Positions 9,195-18,753 of a stretch of DNA of 64,000 nucleotides are shown one piece after another. Both the position numbers and the translations under genes were made by a program. The stretch is from an uncultured Nitrososphaerota archaeon (GTDB lineage Archaea > Thermoproteota > EX4484-205 > JAAOZP01), in assembly GCA_964416155.1 (NCBI GenBank), contig CAYQCW010000008.1:7126-71125 (forward strand), given 5' to 3'. Numbering within the stretch: position 1 is the first letter of the stretch; each line of letters opens with the position of its first letter. Under the pieces are notes generated by a model that did no database searches, was not told the DNA's origin, and worked only from the letters and a program-made list of their open reading frames with translations.

Positions 9195-10319
9195 ATGAAC
9201 TCCTGGGAAAGAGTAGTGACCGCTATGCAGATTTCAACCCCGGATAGGATTCCGACGTATGAGCTACATCCTTCATTGAAAATATTTTCAACAGTATTGT
9301 GTAAAAACACTAGTGAGATTATGGCTCATAATCCTGAAGCCTTTTTTAACCTGGCTGCTTCCAAGAAAGAGGTTGATTTAGACAAGGTTAACGGGCAAAT
9401 CGCAGAAGAGCTTTTAAACCTGTATATGAAAATCGGAATAGACTGGATCCGGGTGGTAAAAGCCTACAACAGTATACCTAGGGAGGTTAGGAGGATCGGG
9501 AAGCACAAGTGGCAAGTAGATGGAAAAACATACTTGTGGTCTGGTGAAACCCTTTGGAATCTAAGCGAACCGGAAACCTATGACCCTGATGAAGTAATTA
9601 GGACATGCAGAAACAGCAGTATTGAAGTAGATCCACTAGTGTTTGAAGTTCTTAGGAAACTCGTGGCCAAGGTTAAGGGAGACATATTCTTGTCTTTCGA
9701 TGCTGATGGAACATGGGAGCCAATAGTGTCGAATCCTAATCTGCTTAAACATGTCTTGATATGGATTTACAAGAGGCCGGACGCCGTGGAGGCCTTAATC
9801 AACTATAATACTGACATAGCGATCGAATATGGGAGGTGGGCAATAGATGAAGGTGCTGATGCGATTCAGCTCTGCGTCGACTACGGGAATCAGAATGGTC
9901 CATGGATGTCCCCCGCAATGTTTAGGAAACTTATTAAACCGGCTTTGAGAAGGGAGGTGGATGCTTTCAAGAAAAAAGGCGCATTTGTAGTCCTCCACTC
10001 CGACGGATACATCATGCCTATTTTGCCAGATATTGTTGATGCCGGGATAGATGCTTACCAGTGTATTGACGTGATGGCCGGTATGAAGATGGGAGAGGTT
10101 AAGGAAAAATTCGGTGATAAAATTTGCCTTGTCGGAAATGTTGATCCGAGAATAATCGAATACGGGACTAAACAGGACGTGGAGAAAGAGGTTGAAAGAT
10201 GTTTGAAGGAGGGAGGGAGGGAAGGCTACATTCTTTCAGCTTCAGCGAGCGTTGCGCTGAACAATAACGTGGAGAACTTTATTCACATGATAAACTACGT
10301 CGAGGGAAAAACACTTTAG
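9195..10319 (+). CDS. URO-D/MtaA-fold protein
   Basis: MNSWERV..PDRIP, DYG.QNGP.MSP.MFR, LHSDG, LVGNVD, GYILSAS. Confidence 0.88.
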   Translation: MNSWERVVTAMQISTPDRIPTYELHPSLKIFSTVLCKNTSEIMAHNPEAFFNLAASKKEVDLDKVNGQIAEELLNLYMKIGIDWIRVVKAYNSIPREVRRIGKHKWQVDGKTYLWSGETLWNLSEPETYDPDEVIRTCRNSSIEVDPLVFEVLRKLVAKVKGDIFLSFDADGTWEPIVSNPNLLKHVLIWIYKRPDAVEALINYNTDIAIEYGRWAIDEGADAIQLCVDYGNQNGPWMSPAMFRKLIKPALRREVDAFKKKGAFVVLHSDGYIMPILPDIVDAGIDAYQCIDVMAGMKMGEVKEKFGDKICLVGNVDPRIIEYGTKQDVEKEVERCLKEGGREGYILSASASVALNNNVENFIHMINYVEGKTL

Positions 10320-10346
10320 CGAGCAGCAGTAAGAAAACTTATATAT

Positions 10347-11037
10347 GGAAAAGAGCCTCCCTTCACTGTCGCGGGGGAGCGTATTTCAGAATCTTTCTGA
10401 GGAACAATGTCAATAGGATCAGCGCTTTACAGGAGAAAGATATCGTTCATCTGGGAGGAATAGTTTTTCCAGAGGAGGAAGACTATTCGCGCTTTCAAGA
10501 ACCCGTTGACCACTGTGCATGTTCTAGCAAAAGCCTCAACGGATTTTGCGAACGTTTGGTAGGTCCCAGCCCGGAGAGCTTCTAAACCTGCGCCCTAGAC
10601 GAGGTCACTCTAATAAGAGCATTCAACCAGAGAGTAATACCTATTTCCCTGGTTGAAGCTGGCGTCGTAGCGGAAAATATTGATAACTCGGAGACAAACA
10701 GGATTACCCAGTCGATTAGAAAGAAGTGGACGTGTCCGTCGTTAGTGAAGCCGACTTAATCAAGATTGCGAGGCTTGAGTGTTCCCTGCTTACACTGGCT
10801 TATAGATGGAGGCTTGACGCTATGGGAAATTCAAAATGCTTGTTGCGACAGGCAGGATTTTAGAGACTCGCCAGAGTCTTCAAGGTACTTGGGCCTGGGA
10901 AGTGTCTGATTTAAAGAAGCTCTGAAACAATTCTAAAGAATGGTTTCATTCATCATGCAAGCATGATTCATGGTGATTACACGAAGCCAATTCAGGATGC
11001 TTGCTAAATACTTGGTATAGAGATAGTTAAGGGTTAG
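10347..11037 (+). pseudogene. Degraded L-fucose/L-arabinose isomerase-like (COG2407-type) gene, not in the ORF track
   Basis: Manual translation gives colinear fragments GKEPPFT..GERISESF*GTMSIGSALYRR, GIVFPEE, LVGPSPESF*TCALDEVTLIRAFNQRVIPISL, GKFKMLVATG..GTWAWEVSDL and NGFIHHASMIHGDY..DAC*ILGIE, with stops, frameshifts and deletions. Confidence 0.75.
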
Positions 11038-11103
11038 CCGCACTTATTTTTATCCCTTTGAGTTTTGAAACGTTTTTAAACATTGTCAACGTTATAGGGT
11101 TTA

Positions 11104-11511
11104 ATGCATGAATGGGCTTTAGCGGAATCGGTGGTGAAAACAATTCTAAAAATGGTTGAGGAAAAAGGGATTGAGAAGATTATTGAGGTTAAAATTAAAA
11201 TCGGCGAAATACAGCAGGTGGATCATGAGATATTTATAACGGTCTTGACACAGTTGAAACCTGTTGAATTAAAGGATACGGAGTTTACAATAGAGGTTGC
11301 TGAAACAGAGTTAAAATGCAGGGTTTGCGGTTTCAAATGGTTTTTTCAAAAGGAAGAGCTTGGCTGGGACATGCTGGAAGCAATACACTTTCTTCCAGAG
11401 GTTTCCCACGCCTACGTTAAGTGTCCGAGGTGCGGAAGCCCAGATTTTGAGATAATTGGGGGCAGGGGTGTTTGGATCGAAAGCATAAAGGGGTTGGAGA
11501 AGAATGGTTGA
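11104..11511 (+). CDS. hypA: Hydrogenase nickel metallochaperone HypA
   Basis: MHEWALA N-terminus, two CxxC motifs (CRVC, CPRC), IHFLPE insertion as in Thermococcus HypA, GRGVWI. Confidence 0.93.
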   Translation: MHEWALAESVVKTILKMVEEKGIEKIIEVKIKIGEIQQVDHEIFITVLTQLKPVELKDTEFTIEVAETELKCRVCGFKWFFQKEELGWDMLEAIHFLPEVSHAYVKCPRCGSPDFEIIGGRGVWIESIKGLEKNG

Positions 11512-12238
11512 CCCGAGGATAAGCATTATTGATGAAAGAATGAGGAGAGTGAGCCGAATAATTGCTGTTTCAAGCGGCAAAGGTGGGGTCGGTAAGAGCC
11601 TGCTGGCTTCGACGCTCGCGTTAACCCTGGTTAGAAAAGGTTACAAAGTTGGATTATTCGACTTAGATTTTACAAGCCCTTCTACACACATTATCTTGGG
11701 CCTCAAGGAAGCCCATCCCGTGGAAGACAGGGGGATTATCCCGCCTCTTGTCCATGGCTTAAGATACATGTCTATAATCTACTATTCAAGCGGCCGTGCA
11801 ACACCTCTTAGAGGAACGGATTTTTCAAACGCGTTCATCGAGCTACTCTCCATTACAAACTGGGGCGACTTAGATTTCCTAGTGTTAGACATGCCGCCTG
11901 GAATCGGGGACGCTACACTAGATGTCATACGTTTAATTAAGAGGGTGAGCTTTCTATTGGTTACAACCTCCTCTCCGCTGGCTTTCGAAACAGTTAGGAA
12001 ACTATTATGCATGTTGAAGGAGCTTAACGTCCAGATAGTAGGTATCGTGGAAAACATGAAAACAGGATCAAGCAATATTCAACAGGAATCACGGAAGCTT
12101 AACGTCAGGTTTCTAGGGGAAATACTATATGATCCGATGGTCGAAGAAGCCCTTGGGAATGCCGAGGGCTTGCTGAGAACAGTTTTTGCTAAAGAAACTG
12201 AGAAACTACTGGAATACTTGATAAAACAGTGTGAATAA
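11504..12238 (+). CDS. hypB: Mrp/MinD-family ATPase, ATP-dependent HypB type
   Basis: DPR N-terminus, deviant Walker A SGKGGVGKS, DMPPG, ENM without the following Fe-S Cys motif. Overlaps hypA, as in the Thermococcus HypA/HypB(AT) pair. Confidence 0.7.
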   Translation: MVDPRISIIDERMRRVSRIIAVSSGKGGVGKSLLASTLALTLVRKGYKVGLFDLDFTSPSTHIILGLKEAHPVEDRGIIPPLVHGLRYMSIIYYSSGRATPLRGTDFSNAFIELLSITNWGDLDFLVLDMPPGIGDATLDVIRLIKRVSFLLVTTSSPLAFETVRKLLCMLKELNVQIVGIVENMKTGSSNIQQESRKLNVRFLGEILYDPMVEEALGNAEGLLRTVFAKETEKLLEYLIKQCE

Positions 12239-12266
12239 CACTTTTCTGTTCTTGAACCCAATGATT

Positions 12267-13730
12267 CTATTCTTTCAAGCATATGCAGTAACCCTTGTAA
12301 CCATGGCAGGTTGGACATGTTGATACATTTTGCCCACTTGGATATCCTCTAGCCTCCCCGGGTCCCAGGATTATAAACTGTGTTGCACTGTTTTCAAACT
12401 CGACGCTAAGCTTGTTAATGTCTTCAACTCTAGACGCTTCAACCAGAAAACGATTCTGGCCAAACCTGTGTTCCAATTCTATTACTCTCCACCCTAGCGG
12501 AACCCTTAGCCTGACAGCCAGATCAACCTCCCTATTATCCTTTGAAACTCTTACACCTAAAGTTTTCCCAATATCTCGATATATAACTGGCTCCCCCTCA
12601 TAATGCAGCCAAACCTCATAATCGCCAATGCTTCTCACAGAGGACTGGACATCATTTTTCAAGAAGCCTACCGCCATCTCGTTCCTCATCAGCAATGTCA
12701 CGCAGTTTTTAGGAATCATCGTGTATTCTCCAAATTTGACTTCCGGGTTTTTCTCCAAGACTTTTTCCGCAACAGTCATCACCCTATCCGTCAACTCAGC
12801 CACCGTCTTCGGAGCATCATCCAGCCTAGTGTACTTGTGAAGAACTATCTTCTCACCAACCCCCTTTTTCCACCCGTCCGGAATCCCTTTTGACCCAAGA
12901 AGTATTCCCAGCAGTGAGCCAAGAGTCGCCCCAGTGCAATCAGTGTCGTAACCACAGTTTACAGCCTTGCAAAGCTTGTCGCCGAAATCCCTTCCGTATA
13001 GCAGGCCCAGTATGGTGAACCCATGGTTTTGTACAGCATGGCAAACACTGTTATGCCCATACGAGCATATTATCCTCTCCCTCGCTTCAGCCCACCTCAC
13101 ATTATTCCTATAGCACCATAAGGCTTCCCTAATAACCCTGGATATCTGGGAATGCAGAGGAATCATGTTTAGACCTATCCTTATAAGGGTCTCAACATCG
13201 TTTATAACAAAGGCTGCACTCTCTACGGCGGCCCAAAACATCTCACCATACATACCCTCGCCGCCAGAGTGGTCCAAGCAGGAGTCCTTCCAAGCGTACG
13301 AGGCTGCAAGCTGCGGGTCAGCTGGAGCAATGCAGGCCCATATCTCGCTTCTTATCGGCGAACCCATCTCGTCAACATAGTAGTTTTCGAAACACCCTGA
13401 AACCGGCGGTAGAAGACCCCTCCTAAGGTTTCTCTGGCAGAACCCATACTCGTTCCAAGGGTATGCTGAGAGATGTTTAAGCCAATACTCTGCAAGCTTT
13501 TCAAGCTTAACATCAATACCATGGTCTTCAAGCATCTTCAGCCAGACCAGTTGAAAGTCAAGATCGTCATTCGGAGCAGCCTCGCTCACGGGCGTAGCGT
13601 AGAAATCAAGGTCGTTCACAAACTTTTTTCCTTCAAACGGGGCACCCAAAGTGCCCCCGATGTTCTTGCCAAGCCAACAAGCATACACCTTATCCCAGTA
13701 TTCCGATCTTGAAACCACTATACGGGTCAT
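12267..13730 (-). CDS. ADP-ribosylglycohydrolase-family protein with C-terminal extension
   Basis: GGTLGAPFEG, NDDLD, NCGYDTDCTGAT motifs. Start placed at ATG 13730 because a TATA-like TTTATAAG lies about 30 nt upstream (track start 13826). Confidence 0.88.
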   Translation of the reverse strand: MTRIVVSRSEYWDKVYACWLGKNIGGTLGAPFEGKKFVNDLDFYATPVSEAAPNDDLDFQLVWLKMLEDHGIDVKLEKLAEYWLKHLSAYPWNEYGFCQRNLRRGLLPPVSGCFENYYVDEMGSPIRSEIWACIAPADPQLAASYAWKDSCLDHSGGEGMYGEMFWAAVESAAFVINDVETLIRIGLNMIPLHSQISRVIREALWCYRNNVRWAEARERIICSYGHNSVCHAVQNHGFTILGLLYGRDFGDKLCKAVNCGYDTDCTGATLGSLLGILLGSKGIPDGWKKGVGEKIVLHKYTRLDDAPKTVAELTDRVMTVAEKVLEKNPEVKFGEYTMIPKNCVTLLMRNEMAVGFLKNDVQSSVRSIGDYEVWLHYEGEPVIYRDIGKTLGVRVSKDNREVDLAVRLRVPLGWRVIELEHRFGQNRFLVEASRVEDINKLSVEFENSATQFIILGPGEARGYPSGQNVSTCPTCHGYKGYCICLKE

Positions 13731-13891
13731 TTTGGACAATAGAGCTTCTATGATAAGCTTATAAATCATCAGGGGAAGCATGCTATTAGACGAGTTCAAT
13801 ACTCTTGTTAACATAATCTTGCCCATATATTCGGATCGATAATGCTTGAACAGCTCTTACGCGTCATTTTTACTGGACAGATATTGAAGAT

Positions 13892-16800
13892 TTAACTGCA
13901 GTAAAATGTTGCTTTTCTTAACCTTTTCAGCCTAATAGTCATTATTTCCCACGGGTCCATCTTTATTTTTAAGGCTCCGTCTTGAATATTAATTTTCAAC
14001 AGATCTCTCTCAAGCAAATCGCTTTCGACAGCCTCCACAACTGGAAAACCCAGAGTAATTTCAGCCTCGCCTCCTTCTCCAGTCGCGTCGTAGATCCTAA
14101 TTATGATATCATCAGAATCCTCAGCTATTTTGAGACAGGTCAGTACTATGTTTTCAGGCTTTATTCTTAAGAATGATGATTCCTCCGGAAAATCGCCCTG
14201 GGATGGTCTGACTATGGTAACAATTGTTTCAAGCGGATGATTCAGCTCGTATCCTTTTCTGAAGGAAAGGGCTTTTCTCCAGTCTCCTGTGTGAGGATAC
14301 ATCGAGTATTTAAATTCATGCCGGCCCTGATCTGGGTTGGGGTCTGGACTATAGCTTGTCCTGATTATCGTCATCCTCATCGTGTTACCGCATACGTCAA
14401 ACCCGTATTTACAATCGTTCAACAGGCTTACTCCATACTCGTCGTCTGAGAGGTCAATCCATCTTAAGGCAGGAAGCTCTCTTCCATCGGCAGTTCTTGA
14501 AATGCTGCCAAAAGGTATTTCAAAAGTCGCGGTCGACTGGCCTAAGATCGGTGTGAAGGAGACTTTCAACATTGGAGCATCAGTGAACGCGTCAGACACT
14601 TCCCTCCAGTCAATAGTCGTGTTAAAATCAATCCTGGGAATCCCGGTGAACAACATTATTTCTTGGGTTATGGTTGAATCCCTATATCTTCTTACGGTCT
14701 TAATCTTAGACATCACCGGGCCTTTCTCAACCGGCTTTACTTCAGCTCCAGTAAGCAGGTTCTCAACCCTAGTTATGGGCCCTATTATCCAAGCTGACAT
14801 CCCGTGAGGAGCCTCGTGGAGAACTTGAAACAGGTTGCTGAACTCTGGCCGTGTAGCCTCATGACTAAAAGCCTTCGTCACAAACCTGCCTGCCTTCTTA
14901 TCGTAAACCGATCTTATTGCTCCAGAACCCTGGTCTAATTCAATCTTGAAAAACTCGTTTTCAAGCACTGCCTGCTGTGACTCCTGTTGACGAGGCTCTT
15001 CTCCCTCAACAAGATAGTAAGTTGAATAGCCTAAGCTTGGTGCTTCAGCGATGAAAACAAGCTCGTCGCCATCAATCTGAGCAGGATGTCGCTTTCCACG
15101 TATATCCATAACAACCGGGTTTCTCGGAACCATTTCTCTAGGTATTTTGACTCTTGCAGTATCCCTCCTGTCCCAAGCGAGAGTATTGAACACCACTATC
15201 GCTAATCCTTCTCGAGAAAACTTTACTCTTTCAACTATCTTCCTCACGGATTTGTCTAAGACTTCCCTCACTGTTGCAAGCACCTCTTCAGCCAGGCGGC
15301 CGGAGTAGGAGTAGGCCTCGTGGAACGCGCTGCCATCGAGAATGTCATGGAACTGGTTGAACAATGTTTTCTTCCATGCCTCTTCAAGTTTTTCTCGAGG
15401 ATAGTCTCCCGATATTGCTGAAAGCTTTTCAGCGTCAACCAAATATCTTTCGCAAAGCCTGTTGTAACGCTTAATGTCGGCGTGAGTCGTGTAGCAGCCG
15501 TCGAAAGTAAAGTTAAGCTCATCCCTGACCGTCGGCAATTCCGGTTTTTCCTTTAAAACCTCGTCGAAAAACTGGTGCGTCGAACTGAAGATCAGGTCGG
15601 GAAGGGCGGGCTTCTCCCGCATTTTCATCGCGGCCTTAATGTCTTCAACTGTTGCACCCCCGCCATGATCACCAACCCCGTAGACGAACATACTCGTCTT
15701 TAAACCGTATTTCACATGGAAGAGTTTCGCGGTTTCAACTATGTTCCTTGGAGTAACCGTGTTGTTGTAAACACTGTTGAAGGCGAGCAACCTTGAGCCA
15801 TCCGGCCCCTCCCAGTAGAACATCGGATATCCCCTTCCGCATCTCATGAAATAATAGTAATCCACTCCGGCTTTCTTTAACACCTGCGGCATTGTCCAGA
15901 TGTGGCCGAAGGTATCGGGTTCCCATCCTACTCTAGTTTCGAAGTCGAATTTCTCCTTCACGTATTTTTTCGAATACAGTATTTGTCTAACCAGCGTTTC
16001 CTCTCCTATCATGTTGAGGTCCGCCTCAACCCACATCGAGGCTGTAACATCCCAGTTTCCAGAATGGATTTTCTCCCTTATTTTCTCGAATAGAGCAGGG
16101 TTTTTCTCCTCAATGGTCCTGTAGGTCACTGCCTGACTCTGAGAGAAATGGAAATCCGTATATTGATTCATTAGAGACACCATCGTGGAGAAGTCTCTCT
16201 CTATGACTTTCACGGTGTCCTCCCAAGGCCAGAGCCAATTCATGTCTATATGAGCATGCGCCACAAGATGAACCTTAAACTCCTTAGCATGCTTAGACAG
16301 GGCCTTTAGCTTCTGCCGTGCCTTCTCTATTTCCATCAGGACGCTTTCAGCATCACGTGAAAACACGCTGGAGTCGAATTCTTCAACAACCCTGTTTAAT
16401 GTTTCAAGCCCACCGGGCAGGATTTGCGCAAAATTCAATTCTTGAATAAAAGACTCTATTTCAAATGCAAAGTTGTCAACAACATCATACCCTATGTGGA
16501 ACATGGGCACTCCTTTTTTCTCCCCCTTGGAAAACGGTCTTTTCTCATAAGCGTGTATCGCCACCACGTGAACATTGCCGGGTCTCGCTTCCTCCGCAAC
16601 GGTTATCCTGGGTCCCCGGAAGTCAGTCCAGTAATCCTCCTTCAAGACGAGTTTAGAGTCTACATAGACCTCGCCGCCGGTTATCATCGCTGAAGAATAC
16701 ATCTCAACCTTAGAGCCAGATACTTTAATCCCCTCTATCTCATCCGGGATCCTGATTTTACACCTCAGCCACACGTCGCCTTGAGAAGGATCCCATTGAA

Positions 16801-16969
16801 AAGGCAGTGAAACAGTCCCCCACGAGGAATCGTTAAAATCTATCCTATGGGCTTCTTTTACATCTCCTTGGAAGAACTTCCAAGATAGTTTAGACTGATA
16901 GTCAGTCAGTCTTCGATAAGCGTTCTCCAGCTTTAACTTTAGCTCCTCAACCTTGCTTTGCCTGTCCAT
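13892..16969 (-). CDS. GH38 alpha-mannosidase
   Basis: HAHIDMNWLW, WEPDTFGH nucleophile, YGVGDHGGG, NQFHDILDG, LLNDCKYG. Confidence 0.95.
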   Translation of the reverse strand: MDRQSKVEELKLKLENAYRRLTDYQSKLSWKFFQGDVKEAHRIDFNDSSWGTVSLPFQWDPSQGDVWLRCKIRIPDEIEGIKVSGSKVEMYSSAMITGGEVYVDSKLVLKEDYWTDFRGPRITVAEEARPGNVHVVAIHAYEKRPFSKGEKKGVPMFHIGYDVVDNFAFEIESFIQELNFAQILPGGLETLNRVVEEFDSSVFSRDAESVLMEIEKARQKLKALSKHAKEFKVHLVAHAHIDMNWLWPWEDTVKVIERDFSTMVSLMNQYTDFHFSQSQAVTYRTIEEKNPALFEKIREKIHSGNWDVTASMWVEADLNMIGEETLVRQILYSKKYVKEKFDFETRVGWEPDTFGHIWTMPQVLKKAGVDYYYFMRCGRGYPMFYWEGPDGSRLLAFNSVYNNTVTPRNIVETAKLFHVKYGLKTSMFVYGVGDHGGGATVEDIKAAMKMREKPALPDLIFSSTHQFFDEVLKEKPELPTVRDELNFTFDGCYTTHADIKRYNRLCERYLVDAEKLSAISGDYPREKLEEAWKKTLFNQFHDILDGSAFHEAYSYSGRLAEEVLATVREVLDKSVRKIVERVKFSREGLAIVVFNTLAWDRRDTARVKIPREMVPRNPVVMDIRGKRHPAQIDGDELVFIAEAPSLGYSTYYLVEGEEPRQQESQQAVLENEFFKIELDQGSGAIRSVYDKKAGRFVTKAFSHEATRPEFSNLFQVLHEAPHGMSAWIIGPITRVENLLTGAEVKPVEKGPVMSKIKTVRRYRDSTITQEIMLFTGIPRIDFNTTIDWREVSDAFTDAPMLKVSFTPILGQSTATFEIPFGSISRTADGRELPALRWIDLSDDEYGVSLLNDCKYGFDVCGNTMRMTIIRTSYSPDPNPDQGRHEFKYSMYPHTGDWRKALSFRKGYELNHPLETIVTIVRPSQGDFPEESSFLRIKPENIVLTCLKIAEDSDDIIIRIYDATGEGGEAEITLGFPVVEAVESDLLERDLLKINIQDGALKIKMDPWEIMTIRLKRLRKATFYCS

Positions 16970-17032
16970 CGGCCTGCAAAAACGTGCTTACATATATAAA
17001 GTTTGAGTGAGGGTTTTGATCCGATTTTTATG

Positions 17033-18094
17033 TTAAATATTAATTGGATACTTGCCGTACTTTTCACCAGCCCTGTACATCGCTAAAGCGTTTTCAGGCG
17101 GCACATACCTGGTTAACACATTAGTCGTGCTTAAAATATACCCTCCACCAGGAGCTACCTCACGCATCAGCCTTTTAACCTCTGCCTCCACATCCTCAGG
17201 CTTACCGAGCGGCAGCAGATAGTCCAAGTCAACGTTTCCCATTAAACACAGCCTGCTTCCCCAACGCTTCTTAATCTCAACTATGTCGACGCCAGCGTTT
17301 GGTTGAAGGCTCTGTAGACCATCGAAGCCAGCCTTAACAATGTCCTCCATTAATGGCGTGATATTACCGTCCGAATGTAGTATAACTGGAAGATTAAGCC
17401 GATGTGCAGCCTCAGCCTCACCGGCCAAATATGGAAAAACGTATTTCCTGAGAAGACTCGGAGGGAGAAAGGGGCCGTTGTCATATGCTATATCGTCGCC
17501 GACCAGTATTACGTGTGCCCCTGCTTCAGCAAACATTTTTATAACCTCCAAGTTAAACCTATAGACTTCTTCGATCACATGCTTCAAAGCATTGGGATAT
17601 AGGTAGAGCGCTTTAACATAGTTCGTCAAACCCATGTAAGGGTAAATCGAGTCGAATACCCCGCCTACTTGAGCGAACACGCAGAAATCGGTCTGCTCAA
17701 CCCACTTCCTTATTCTTGAAGCATTGAATAGGCTTACGTCAGGCATGTGAAATTGTTCCATCTCCTCTACGGTGGAAAGAGCGTATTTCAAGTAGCGTTG
17801 CGTTTTACCGCTTTCAACCCATTCCACTCCAAGCCAGTTCCTGTATATTGGATACCTCTCCTTCGTCACCCCTATGCGCTCCGTCCTAGGCCCACCTTCC
17901 AACCCTAGGTTCACTAGATCCATGTTAAGCAATTTCCGAACCCTTACGTGAGCCTCAAACGAATTTTCAATGGGTTCACCTAAAAGCGCGGAGACAAGCT
18001 CGTCATGTATTCCAAGTTCTCCTTTAGGTACTTTATCAGCCTCCTCAATCTTTAAAGCCCGATAGACTCTTTCAACCCTATTCAAAGTCGCCAC
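17033..18094 (-). CDS. URO-D/MtaA-fold protein
   Basis: ERV..A...E.DKVP, GDDIAYDNGP, LHSDG, LMGNVD, GGGYILSTTN. Confidence 0.9.
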   Translation of the reverse strand: MATLNRVERVYRALKIEEADKVPKGELGIHDELVSALLGEPIENSFEAHVRVRKLLNMDLVNLGLEGGPRTERIGVTKERYPIYRNWLGVEWVESGKTQRYLKYALSTVEEMEQFHMPDVSLFNASRIRKWVEQTDFCVFAQVGGVFDSIYPYMGLTNYVKALYLYPNALKHVIEEVYRFNLEVIKMFAEAGAHVILVGDDIAYDNGPFLPPSLLRKYVFPYLAGEAEAAHRLNLPVILHSDGNITPLMEDIVKAGFDGLQSLQPNAGVDIVEIKKRWGSRLCLMGNVDLDYLLPLGKPEDVEAEVKRLMREVAPGGGYILSTTNVLTRYVPPENALAMYRAGEKYGKYPINI

Positions 18095-18753
18095 CTACTA
18101 GCAGGCTCGTTTTGTATTGTTAATCCTATTGGGCCTGCCAACCTTCTCCTAGCCGCACTTATCGTAGTAGGAATTTCCTCAAAGCATCTTTTCATTATGT
18201 TCTCAGTCATGCTGTTTACTTCAAAAACAGCTCTGCTTATTTATTAACTTAATGGTAGCAAGTTTGTTTCAGTTGAAATTAAGAGGATAGTTCAAAGTCG
18301 AGCTAAACCATGTGTTTCTACAAAACTCTATTGTTCAATCATGTTTTCCGATTATAGGAGCTACTATTATTAAAGAGATTGATTCCTCCCAAGGCGATCT
18401 GGACCAGTATGCAACGTACATGAACAGTAATATATCCAAAGAGCAAAATCTTAATTGAGGGTTCATTTTTGTCTTTAAACTCCTTTGAATTGGCAACGAA
18501 CCTCTTTTTTTAAAAAATAGACGTCTCCAAAGTAGGCTTGTCCGTTTCAGACCAGGTATTCTCAAAGCTTATATGCCATCTAAAATTTTTCTTGCAATGC
18601 CGCGTGCGCCATATCGATGAAGTGAAGCTTTTGGGGAAGAGGGTATGATTTTTTACAAGAGCCCTAGAAGGCTCGAATTAAAGAGAATATGACATGGCTT
18701 CCTTCTTGCCAGCCTGGCTGTGCAGCTTTTAAATCAATAGCCTAGGCTGGTTT

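Noticed and set aside
10398-10400. In-frame TGA at a Cys-equivalent position (ESF*GTM) as selenocysteine
   Set aside because: The same relic has TAA stops, frameshifts and deletions, so ordinary decay explains it.
10320-11100. Structured RNA gene in the long ORF-free gap
   Set aside because: The gap is accounted for by isomerase pseudogene fragments, and I saw no tRNA, SRP or RNase P hallmarks.
18095-18750. ORF 18335-18565 and a short upstream ORF near 18085-18210
   Set aside because: No recognisable motif or convincing start. They may be decayed sequence, but I cannot support a call.
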